The notes beneath the pieces are model-generated. The model saw nothing but the letters and a program-made list of their open reading frames with translations. It was not told the DNA's origin and did no database searches. Shown here in pieces: positions 48,258 to 56,322 of a stretch of DNA of 64,000 bases (positions within the stretch are counted from its first letter, which is position 1; every line of letters starts with the position of its first letter). Source of the DNA: Candidatus Nanopelagicales bacterium (lineage in GTDB: Bacteria; Actinomycetota; Actinomycetes; JAHEKZ01); contig JBBQAL010000003.1 of the NCBI GenBank assembly GCA_038316135.1, forward strand, positions 926 to 64,925, given 5' to 3'. The position numbers and the translations under genes are program-made.

Positions 48258-51200
48258 CTAGCCACCTGAGCTGCCAGGGCTGGAGTGCCAGAGTTTGCGC
48301 GGCGGCGCCCCACGATTCACTTCATCACCTGCGGGACGCACGTCGGTGTACGGCGACTGGCGGAATCCGCTGGAGTGGACCAGGACTCGTCGCCGCCCCA
48401 TTCCCCCCGCGGTGTAACCGGCAGCAGGCTCCTCGCGGGCAGGCCCGGCAGGGGCCTGCACATCCTCCGCGGTGAACCCCGGGGGCAGGGTGTCGAGTAC
48501 CTCGTGGACGGCGGCCGTGCCACGGCGCTGCCACAGGTCGTACAGGCCAGAAAGCTCCCAGCATCCCGTCGCACGCAGCGAGACACCCCGTGGACCGGTC
48601 CGGCGCACCTCGCCTCGGATCAGCAGGAGCCACGAGTGGAAGAGCGTCGCGGCGTAGGGACCTTGGGCATCTTCGAAGAAGGTCGCGTCGACCGGGCCGG
48701 TAGCGTCATCGATGGTGACGAAAACGACCCGCCGACCGGAACGGATCGGTGGTGTCTGAGTAGCTACCTTGACACCGGCGGCCAAGATCTCGCTGCGGGA
48801 ACGACAAGTGAGCAGGTCGCGGGAGCGTACGACATCGAGTGCACGCAGCAGCGGGGTGTAGAAGTCGACGACATGTCGGCTGGCATCGAGACCGAGGACA
48901 TCGAGCTCGGCTCTGACCTGCTCGGCGCCGGTCATTTCCGGCAGACCAGAGGGTGCCACTTGCTCGTCGCTGGGGCCGAGCGGGAAGGAGAGCTGGGTGT
49001 CGAGCCCAGCCGCTCCTGAAGGCCCCGCGCCTGAAGGCCGAGCTCCAGACTTGCCTCGACGTGACGTGGGCATCGCCGTCCAGCGGTCGAGCTCAGCGAC
49101 TTGCAGCAGCAGGTCTCGGCGAGTGATCCGGCGTCGAGCCGACGCGGTCGGAAGGGTGAGGTCGATGCCGTGCAACACGTCGAAGGCCCCGGCGAGCACC
49201 AACCGTTCGACGACTGGACGCGAGACTCCAGCTCGGTGCCAGAAGTCGGTGAGCGAACGAAACGGCTGTCCGGCAACGATCCGGTCAACCTCGGCGTCAC
49301 TGATGCCCTTGACCTCAGCGAGTGCGATGCGGATGCCGTACCCAGTGGCGTCTGGAAGAGCCGGATGGTCGAGCACGCCACGTGCCCTGCTCATCGCAGA
49401 GTTGGCAACGGGGAGCGTGCGAGGCGGCGGCGCTGGGGCGTCTTCGGAGTCGAGCACCTCGACCCGTTCAACCCGGTAACCGTGCTGGGAGGCGTTGACA
49501 TCGAGCGCCAGAACGGTGACTCCGAACTGTCGCGCATCGTCGAGGATCAGCCGCTTCGGGTACATGCCGGGATCGTGGGTGAGGACGCCTGCGAGGAAAC
49601 CAGCGGTGTGATGTGTCTTGAGCCACGCCGACTGGTAGGTCGGTAGCGCGAAAGCTGCAGCGTGTGCCTTACAGAACCCGAAGGAGGCGAACGCGCGCAG
49701 GACGTCCCAGATGCCTTCGATTGTTGGCAGGTCATATCCCCGTATCCGGGCGCATCGGTAGAACCACTCGCGCGTCTCGGCCTGGCCATCAGGATCGCCG
49801 AGGGCCCTTCGCTTCTCGTCACCTTCGGCGCGGGAGCACCCGGTGATGACGTGCAGCATGTCGATGACCTGTTCGTGGAAGACGACGACGCCGTAGGTGG
49901 AGCCCAGCACGGGCTCGAGGTCGGGATGCAGGTACTGCGGCTGCGCCCAACCATGCCGCGCCTGGAGAAAGGGCCGGACCATGTCGGACTTCACCGGACC
50001 AGGACGGAAGAGTGAGATGTCGATGATGAGGTCGTCGAAGGTCTCGGGGGCGAACTTGCCGACCAGCTCACGCTGACCAGGCGACTCGATCTGAAAGCAA
50101 CCAAGGGTGTGCGTGGATCGGATGAGGTCGAAGGTAGCCAGATCGTCGAACGGGACGGTATCAAGATCGGGGCGCTGCTGCGGGCCGTCGACTCGCTCGA
50201 TCTCGTCAAGGGCGTACGCCATCGCCGACTGCATGCGGATGCCGAGCACATCGAGCTTGAGCAGCCCGAGGTGCTCGACGTCGTCCTTGTCAAACTGGCT
50301 CATGGCAAAACCCATACCACTCTGCTCGACCGGTGTGCGGTCGAGCAGAGTGGCGTCGGAGAGCAGAACGCCACACGGGTGGAGCGCAAGGTGACGCGGC
50401 AGGCCGTCGAGACGCTCGACGAGTGAGAAGAGCAGCGTCATTCGCGGGTCGTCAGCGATCCGGCTGGCCCGCAGCTCTGGCAGCTCGCGTAAGGCGTTCT
50501 GCGCGTCCTTGGCGCGAATGTGCGGGAATGCCTTGGCGATCATGTCGATCTCAGAGGGCGGCAGACCGAGCGCTGCACCAACATCACGGATCGCGTGTCG
50601 GACGCGGTAGGTGTCGGCCATGGAGACACAGGCGACGCGAGCGGTGCCGAAGCGCTCGAAGATTTGGGTGTAGATCTCGAGGCGCCGCGCTGACTCGACA
50701 TCGATGTCGATGTCGGGAAGCGCCTGGCGAAGCGGAGAGAGGAAGCGTTCAAAGAGAAGGTCATGCCGAACTGGATCGACCCCTGAGATGCCGAGCAGGT
50801 AGGTAACCAGCGACCCAGCACCTGATCCGCGTGCCGCAACCCGAATCTGCATCGAGCGGATCAGGTCGACGACATCGGCGACGGTGAGGAAGTAGGTGGC
50901 ATAGCCAAGGTCGGCGATGATGCCGAGCTCGTGCTCAAGACGCTCGCGCGCCTCGTGTCCGGCTTGCCCACCGGTCGGCAGCTCGCGGGCCGACCAACGG
51001 GCTGCGCACCGCTCACGCAGCACGGCGTCCGGTGCACGTCCTGCAGCGGCAGCAACCGGGTCGACCACCTCGAGCTCAGGAAAGTGCACTGAGCCGAGAC
51101 CGAGATCGGCGACCGGGGACAGGACACACTGCTGCGCGAGTCGTTCAGTGGCGGCGAGCAACGCACGGCTGGTGGAGCGCTCGGTACCGACGCCAGAGAG

Positions 51201-52049
51201 GCGAGCGACCTCGGCGGCAATCTCGGCCATTTGTCCTGACGACTTCAGGTACCCCTCGCCGGTACGGCGATCGATGTGGCGCAGGTCAAGAGGAACCAGC
51301 TGGCGTGCGGCGTCAAGCACGTCGGCGACCGGAGCGTCCTCGCGACGGGCGTAGCGCACGGCGTTGGACAGCAGGATGTCTGCCTGCTGCTCGTGCGCCC
51401 ACCCGAGCATCCGCCCGGCGAACGGCGCAGAGCGACCGAGCGGATCAGCACCTCGATGGTTGACCACTTCGCACCACAGCGCCGGGACGCGATCTCGCCA
51501 CCCCTGCCACGCGCGCGTCGCGAGGTCGGGGCGACGCCTCGCCAACAGTCGGCCGACGTCGGAGTCGGGACCGAGCAGCACCACCAGGGCACCTTCGGCC
51601 GCGTAGTGAGCGACCAGGTCGGCGTCGGCCGTCGGGTGTCCCCGGCGTCCGGCTGCCTCAGCCTGGGCATGGGCAGCGGAGACCAGGCGACAGAGCGCAG
51701 CCCAGCCATGGGGGCCGCGCGCCAGCACCGTGATCCGCGGCAGTCGGGGGTCGCGAGTACGGCCTCCTCGAACCGGGGTACGCCGTGCCCGCTCGGGAGC
51801 GCGACCCGGAGTCTGGAGTGGCGCGAGGGCAAGGTCGGCGCCGAAGACCGGGGCGATTCCAGCGGCAAGAGCGGCGCGGGCGAACCGCACAGCGCCACGC
51901 ACCCCGTCGCGGTCGGTCAGACCGAGCACCGAGAGGCCACGGTCAGCCGCCACGGAGACAAGCGTCTCTGGGCTGGATGCTCCGTGACGCAGCGACCAGC
52001 CGGAAGCGACATGCAGGTGCGGAAAGGAAGAAGACAAGCTAGCTGACAC
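48258..52049 (-). CDS. dnaE2: Error-prone DNA polymerase DnaE2 (Pol III alpha paralog)
   Basis: PHP motif FPHLHVASGWSLRHGASSPETLV...GLTDRDG, and a DnaE-type palm/fingers region (FLSPLRQALPDIDIDVE, GLLKLDVLG). Start set at GTG 52049. The 158 upstream in-frame codons overlap the HEPN-like gene. Confidence 0.88.
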   Translation of the reverse strand: MSASLSSSFPHLHVASGWSLRHGASSPETLVSVAADRGLSVLGLTDRDGVRGAVRFARAALAAGIAPVFGADLALAPLQTPGRAPERARRTPVRGGRTRDPRLPRITVLARGPHGWAALCRLVSAAHAQAEAAGRRGHPTADADLVAHYAAEGALVVLLGPDSDVGRLLARRRPDLATRAWQGWRDRVPALWCEVVNHRGADPLGRSAPFAGRMLGWAHEQQADILLSNAVRYARREDAPVADVLDAARQLVPLDLRHIDRRTGEGYLKSSGQMAEIAAEVARLSGVGTERSTSRALLAATERLAQQCVLSPVADLGLGSVHFPELEVVDPVAAAAGRAPDAVLRERCAARWSARELPTGGQAGHEARERLEHELGIIADLGYATYFLTVADVVDLIRSMQIRVAARGSGAGSLVTYLLGISGVDPVRHDLLFERFLSPLRQALPDIDIDVESARRLEIYTQIFERFGTARVACVSMADTYRVRHAIRDVGAALGLPPSEIDMIAKAFPHIRAKDAQNALRELPELRASRIADDPRMTLLFSLVERLDGLPRHLALHPCGVLLSDATLLDRTPVEQSGMGFAMSQFDKDDVEHLGLLKLDVLGIRMQSAMAYALDEIERVDGPQQRPDLDTVPFDDLATFDLIRSTHTLGCFQIESPGQRELVGKFAPETFDDLIIDISLFRPGPVKSDMVRPFLQARHGWAQPQYLHPDLEPVLGSTYGVVVFHEQVIDMLHVITGCSRAEGDEKRRALGDPDGQAETREWFYRCARIRGYDLPTIEGIWDVLRAFASFGFCKAHAAAFALPTYQSAWLKTHHTAGFLAGVLTHDPGMYPKRLILDDARQFGVTVLALDVNASQHGYRVERVEVLDSEDAPAPPPRTLPVANSAMSRARGVLDHPALPDATGYGIRIALAEVKGISDAEVDRIVAGQPFRSLTDFWHRAGVSRPVVERLVLAGAFDVLHGIDLTLPTASARRRITRRDLLLQVAELDRWTAMPTSRRGKSGARPSGAGPSGAAGLDTQLSFPLGPSDEQVAPSGLPEMTGAEQVRAELDVLGLDASRHVVDFYTPLLRALDVVRSRDLLTCRSRSEILAAGVKVATQTPPIRSGRRVVFVTIDDATGPVDATFFEDAQGPYAATLFHSWLLLIRGEVRRTGPRGVSLRATGCWELSGLYDLWQRRGTAAVHEVLDTLPPGFTAEDVQAPAGPAREEPAAGYTAGGMGRRRVLVHSSGFRQSPYTDVRPAGDEVNRGAPPRKLWHSSPGSSGG

Positions 52050-52515
52050 GGGGCAGCGAGGTCTGGTGCGGAACACCGACGGTGGTCTCGGCCAGCGCGA
52101 GGAACGTCTCGACGTCACGGAGCAGGTCGTCGGCCTCCCGGGGGGTGACCGCATCCAGGCCAGCCTCGGCCGCCGCCCGCTTGCCGGCACCGGCGGCGAA
52201 GAAGGCAGCCCACTCGGCGAGCTCGGGGGCCGCCTGGCCGAGTAGGTCCCAGGCGCTGCGCGGGCCACGGCGTCCGGTCGGACGAGCGCGGGTTGCCAGT
52301 ACGGCAGCCGCAGCCCGAAGCGCCGCCAGATGGGCGACGGCGTAGCGGCGGCTGGCCCGCGGCTCGAGCACCGCCTCGGTGAGACCTCGGCGCGCAGCAG
52401 CAAGCAGGTCGAGCACTCCGGCCGACGAGCCCCGGGGTGATCGGGTAACGCGCGAGCTGGTGACGCGCGCGGTGGCGGGGGCTGGGGCGTGGTCGGTAGA
52501 CATGTCAATGGACAT
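52039..52515 (-). CDS. HEPN-like helical protein (resembles the family I recall as 'SAV_6107 family HEPN domain')
   Basis: 158 aa. GAAGGGA Shine-Dalgarno 8 nt upstream of the ATG. Helical Ala/Arg-rich core with R-x4-H (RYAVAH) and AEWAAFFAAGAGKRAAAEAG. The stop overlaps the dnaE2 start by 11 nt. Confidence 0.6.
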   Translation of the reverse strand: MSIDMSTDHAPAPATARVTSSRVTRSPRGSSAGVLDLLAAARRGLTEAVLEPRASRRYAVAHLAALRAAAAVLATRARPTGRRGPRSAWDLLGQAAPELAEWAAFFAAGAGKRAAAEAGLDAVTPREADDLLRDVETFLALAETTVGVPHQTSLPRVS

Positions 52516-52534
52516 TGGGACATCCCTTCGTGCA

Positions 52535-52570
52535 GTCAGTCGGGCAGGTCAGTCGGGCGGGTCAGTCGTA
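52535..52570. repeat. 13-nt tandem repeat x3 (GTCAGTCGGGCAG / GTCAGTCGGGCGG / GTCAGTCGTAGAT)
   Basis: Read directly. The third unit contains the stop codon of the DUF6504-like gene, and the other two fill the spacer before the HEPN-like gene. Confidence 0.85.
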
Positions 52571-52906
52571 GATCGCGTGCAAGGACCAGCGCGATAGGCC
52601 TCGATCTCGGGGGTTGTCGTCGGTGCGGTCGTCAACCTCCAGGCAGAGATCGAAGACTCCGGTCTGCGCCCCGCGGCACGCCTCAACCCGCCAGAGCCAC
52701 CGCTCAGGATCGGGCAGCTCAGGATCGGGCAGCTCACCGGAACTGGGACGCGACGCCGTACGGCGCCACCACGCGCCCGTCTCGACCCAGTGCGCCAACA
52801 CCGCCCCGACGACATAGCGCCGACCGCGCCACCGGAAGGCCAATGGCGCCGTCCCGCCGCTGGCAACGGGGGTCAACGACTCAATGGACTCGTCGATCCG
52901 GCGCAT
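52562..52906 (-). CDS. Small conserved-looking protein (DUF6504-like), function unknown
   Basis: 114 aa. ATG 52906 is preceded by an AGGAGA Shine-Dalgarno. Motif AFRWRGRRYVV...HWVETGAWW...WRVEA...GVFDL...W.LHAIYD. The family name is from memory only. Confidence 0.55.
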   Translation of the reverse strand: MRRIDESIESLTPVASGGTAPLAFRWRGRRYVVGAVLAHWVETGAWWRRTASRPSSGELPDPELPDPERWLWRVEACRGAQTGVFDLCLEVDDRTDDNPRDRGLSRWSLHAIYD

Positions 52907-53011
52907 AGTGCTGTCTCCTGTGGGTCGAGTAGCCCCAGCGAGGAACCGTTGGGGAGCCGGTCGGGCGGGCGGTGAGGGTCGAGGTCAGCGCCTCACCCGA
53001 CCGGCTAGGGT

Positions 53012-53027
53012 TCGAACATGTGTTCGA
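53012..53027. promoter_or_regulatory. LexA (SOS) box TCGAAC-ATGT-GTTCGA
   Basis: Exact match to the actinobacterial/mycobacterial consensus TCGAAC-N4-GTTCGA, embedded in the 18-nt palindrome TTCGAACATGTGTTCGAA. Lies 106 nt upstream of ATG 52906 and 70 nt upstream of ATG 53097. Confidence 0.8.
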
Positions 53028-53096
53028 ATACGCTCTAGTAAACCTCTCCCCACGTCCGAGGTCAACCCCCTCGTTTCGGCGCTCTAAGGTCGACCC

Positions 53097-53828
53097 ATGT
53101 CCCCCATCGCGGCTGAGCCAACGCCCGCAGTGGTCAGCCTGCATGTGTGGACCATCCCCAAGGCCGGCATCGCCTCGGCGATCGGACGGTTGGCCGTCGA
53201 CCGCTTCCGACTCCGCGGATACCCGGGGCTCACCTTCGCCAAGCTCCTTGGCTCAGGCAGCGGACAGACCTTCGCCCCTCAGGACGCCGACCCGAACCAC
53301 TGGGCCCTGCTCGCCTGCTGGGACGCCCCCCACGCAGCCAGCACCTTCGAAAGGTCCCGCGTCGTCCGACGATGGGACGCTGCCGCAAGCGAGCGACTCC
53401 ACATCACCATGCGACCCCTCTCGAGCATGGGCTACTGGTCGAAGCGGCAGCCGTTCGGCTCCACATCCCCCACTGCACCAGCGCCAGCAGGCGCCGGGCC
53501 GATCGCCTCGATCACCCGAGCCAGAATTCAACCCAGCCAACTGCGCTCCTTCTGGCGCTCGGTACCTGACGTCGCATCAGAGCTGTCCGCCGCCGATGGA
53601 CTGATCTGGTCCAAAGGAATCGGCGAGGCACCCATCGGACTGCAGGGAACCTTCAGCGTCTGGCGCGATGCCGACTCCCTGCGTCGGTTTGCCTACGAGG
53701 GCCGAAGCCACCGACAGGCCATCACGTCCACCCGCGAAACCGGGTGGTTCGTCGAAGAGCTGTTCGCCCGCTTCAGTGTCTTGGCCATCGATGGAACCAT
53801 CGACGGTGCGTCACTCCCGGTGATGTGA
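53097..53828 (+). CDS. Spheroidene monooxygenase (CrtA)-like protein
   Basis: 243 aa. VVSLHVW..., FAKLLGSGSGQTF.P, IASITRARI...FWRSVP, GIGEAPIGLQGTFSVW.D..S...FAY....H...I......GWF.EELFARF resemble the CrtA family pattern as remembered. Lies in a carotenoid gene context. Confidence 0.5.
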   Translation: MSPIAAEPTPAVVSLHVWTIPKAGIASAIGRLAVDRFRLRGYPGLTFAKLLGSGSGQTFAPQDADPNHWALLACWDAPHAASTFERSRVVRRWDAAASERLHITMRPLSSMGYWSKRQPFGSTSPTAPAPAGAGPIASITRARIQPSQLRSFWRSVPDVASELSAADGLIWSKGIGEAPIGLQGTFSVWRDADSLRRFAYEGRSHRQAITSTRETGWFVEELFARFSVLAIDGTIDGASLPVM

Positions 53829-54406
53829 TGACCGAGCTCATTCCGCTCGCTTTCACCGGCGGTTGGGCCAGTGGCATCAACCCGTATCTCGTCGTACTGC
53901 TCACCGGAATCACCGGGCGGCTCACCGACGTCGCTGTCCCTGACGCCCTGATGCGTACCGATGTCCTGGTAGCGGCGGCTGTGCTCACCGCTATCGACTT
54001 CGTCGTCGACAAGACCGCCTACCTTGACTCCACGTGGGACGCCGTCAACACCGCTATTCGTCCCGTCGCCGGGGTCGCTCTTTCCCTGCTCATCTCAGGA
54101 GATGCAACAACACTGCAACAGTCAGTACTCGCTGCATTGGGCGGCACAACTGCCCTCGCTTCTCACGCGACTAAGACCGGAACCCGAATCGCGGTCAACA
54201 CCTCGCCAGAGCCGGTCAGCAACATAGTCGTCAGTTTGCTTGAAGACATCGCTGTCTTCGTCGTCACCTTGCTGGCGTTCATCGCACCGTGGCTTGCAGC
54301 CGCGATCGCTTTCATCCTCCTAGCACTGGGTATCGTGGTGGTTGTCCTCTTCTGGAAGGCGATCGCCCGATACCGCCGCTCCCGACAACGACGCCGGGCA
54401 ACTTAA
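53828..54406 (+). CDS. DUF4126-like integral membrane protein
   Basis: The start ATG shares its A with the upstream stop (TGATG). 192 aa and multi-TM (GGWASGINPYLVVLLTGI...). Confidence 0.6.
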   Translation: MTELIPLAFTGGWASGINPYLVVLLTGITGRLTDVAVPDALMRTDVLVAAAVLTAIDFVVDKTAYLDSTWDAVNTAIRPVAGVALSLLISGDATTLQQSVLAALGGTTALASHATKTGTRIAVNTSPEPVSNIVVSLLEDIAVFVVTLLAFIAPWLAAAIAFILLALGIVVVVLFWKAIARYRRSRQRRRAT

Positions 54407-54412
54407 GGAACC

Positions 54413-55207
54413 ATGAGTCTTCGTACGTACACCGGACCGGCGCCTGCCACACCGGCTGCGCCGGCCGCGGTTGCCGTCGGCTGGCTCTTCGCTGTGGCAG
54501 CCATCGCGCTCCAAATCGTCTTCCCCCTCGTCGACAAAGACCAACGGGCGACCCTTGCTGCACTCACCGTTGTGGTCTTCTTCGTGGCCTCCGTCACCCA
54601 CGCATCTGCCTATCACCGGTGGCGGGGCTTCTTCCTTGTTGCGCTCGTGGTGCCTGCCATCGGGTGGGGGGCCGAACGAATCGGTTCGACGACAGGGGTT
54701 CCGTTCGGCGAGTACGAGTACACCGATGCCCTGGGTCCACTCTGGGGCGGCGTCCCCGTCGTCGTCCCACTCGCCTGGGCGATGATGGGCTACCCCGCAT
54801 ACGTCGCTGCATGCACCTTGATGACTCGCACTCGCTGGATGATCCCGGTCTTGACAGCCTGGTCGCTAATGGCCTGGGACTTCTTCCTCGACCCGATGAT
54901 GGTCAAGCTCGGCGCCTGGCAATGGACGACGACATCGCCCGACCTGCCCGGAATCCCGAACATCCCGATGACCAATTATGCGGGATGGTTTGCCGTCGGG
55001 TTGGTGATCGGAGTCGTACTCCTGGCGATACCGGCACGGCGAGCCTCGCCAGCACAGCCAGCCACGCTCTACCTCTGGGTCTATGCATCCTCAGTGCTGG
55101 CCAGCGCTGTCTTCTTCGACCGGTCAGGTTCGGCAGTCATCGGTGGGATCGCCATGGGACTTGTGGCACTGCCCCTCGCTTGGCGCATCTGGGTCGACCG
55201 CGGATGA
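54413..55207 (+). CDS. Carotenoid biosynthesis membrane protein (DUF422/CruF-like, putative carotenoid 1,2-hydratase)
   Basis: 264 aa, multi-TM, with GVPFGEYEYTD, VPLAWAMMGYP and DFFLDPMMV motifs. Confidence 0.7.
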   Translation: MSLRTYTGPAPATPAAPAAVAVGWLFAVAAIALQIVFPLVDKDQRATLAALTVVVFFVASVTHASAYHRWRGFFLVALVVPAIGWGAERIGSTTGVPFGEYEYTDALGPLWGGVPVVVPLAWAMMGYPAYVAACTLMTRTRWMIPVLTAWSLMAWDFFLDPMMVKLGAWQWTTTSPDLPGIPNIPMTNYAGWFAVGLVIGVVLLAIPARRASPAQPATLYLWVYASSVLASAVFFDRSGSAVIGGIAMGLVALPLAWRIWVDRG

Positions 55208-56322
55208 GTCGAGTGCGCCGGATCGCCCGATCCGCCGTCGCGACCGGAACAACGATGGCGGTGGCCGGGGCCGTTCACAGCTGGTGGAACCTGAGGTGCC
55301 TTCGGGTACTGCCTCGCGCGGTTCCGGAGCAGCTGCCGCGGGTATCTCTGCTGGTGCCCGCGCGTGACGAGGCAGCCACCATCGGGCAATGCCTCACCTC
55401 GCTGCGCAGGCAGCTCAACCTCCCTGATGTCGAGATCCTCGTGCTCGACGACCGATCCAGTGACGGCACCAGCGAAGTCATCGCGCACCATCTTGAGGAC
55501 CCCCGCGTCCATCTGACGAGAGGTGAAACCGAGCCACCGGCAGGCTGGCTCGGAAAGCCCTGGGCCTGCCATCGGTTGTCGGAATCGGCGACCGGGCAGG
55601 TCCTCGTGTTCGTCGACGCCGACGTGACCCTCGCTCCTGACGCCGTTGCACGGTCGCTGACGCTGCTCGCCGAAGGTGAGCTGGATGCAGTCAGCCCCTA
55701 CCCGCGTCAGATCGCGCTGACTTGGTCGGAGCGAATGATCCAGCCCCTCCTGCAGTGGTCGTGGTCCACGTTCCTCCCACTGGGCCCGGCGGAGCGCAGC
55801 CCGCGCACCTCGTTGGTCGCGGCCAACGGTCAACTGCTGGCCATCTCCCGCGACGCCTACGACACCGTCGGCGGACATGCCAGCATCCGCGGCGAGGTCA
55901 TCGACGACGTGGCGCTCTTCCAGCAGTTGAAACGCGTCGGTCGTCGCGGCGCGCTGGCCGACGGCACGGACGTCGCAGCCTGCCGGATGTACGAGGACTG
56001 GAACAGCCTGCGCGACGGGTACAGCAAGTCACTCTGGTCCGCGACCGGCTCGCCCGTCGGTGCTTCGGCGTTGGTTGCCCTTATGGCGCTGGCCTACGTG
56101 GTGCCACCAGTGGCCGCACTCCTTGGCTCTCGCGTCGGTGCGATCGGATACGTCGGTGCCGTGGGCGGACGTGCATGGGTCGCACACCGTGTGAGGGGTC
56201 GGATGTGGCCCGACTCGTTTCTGCATCCCCTGTCGGTGATCGGGTTCGGCTACCTGACGGCGCGGTCCTGGGTGGGCCACCGTCGCGGATCACTCACCTG
56301 GAAGTCGCGCCCGCTTCCCTAG
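55204..56322 (+). CDS. Family 2 glycosyltransferase (carotenoid glycosyltransferase candidate)
   Basis: ATGA overlap with the upstream gene. VSLLVPARDEA, VLDDRSSDGT and VFVDADV motifs, with C-terminal TM helices. This is the 3' part of the 677-aa track ORF. Confidence 0.78.
   Translation: MSRVRRIARSAVATGTTMAVAGAVHSWWNLRCLRVLPRAVPEQLPRVSLLVPARDEAATIGQCLTSLRRQLNLPDVEILVLDDRSSDGTSEVIAHHLEDPRVHLTRGETEPPAGWLGKPWACHRLSESATGQVLVFVDADVTLAPDAVARSLTLLAEGELDAVSPYPRQIALTWSERMIQPLLQWSWSTFLPLGPAERSPRTSLVAANGQLLAISRDAYDTVGGHASIRGEVIDDVALFQQLKRVGRRGALADGTDVAACRMYEDWNSLRDGYSKSLWSATGSPVGASALVALMALAYVVPPVAALLGSRVGAIGYVGAVGGRAWVAHRVRGRMWPDSFLHPLSVIGFGYLTARSWVGHRRGSLTWKSRPLP

Noticed and set aside
52050-52523. 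158-codon N-terminal extension of the dnaE2 frame (track ORF 48258..52523)
   Set aside because: It is Pro/Arg/Ser-rich and overlaps the entire HEPN-like gene, which has its own Shine-Dalgarno. The PHP H-x-H motif begins 10 codons after GTG 52049.
54289-55203. 5' 305 codons of the 677-aa track ORF
   Set aside because: They overlap the CruF-like membrane gene in another frame. The glycosyltransferase domain starts at ATG 55204, which is ATGA-coupled to the CruF-like stop.
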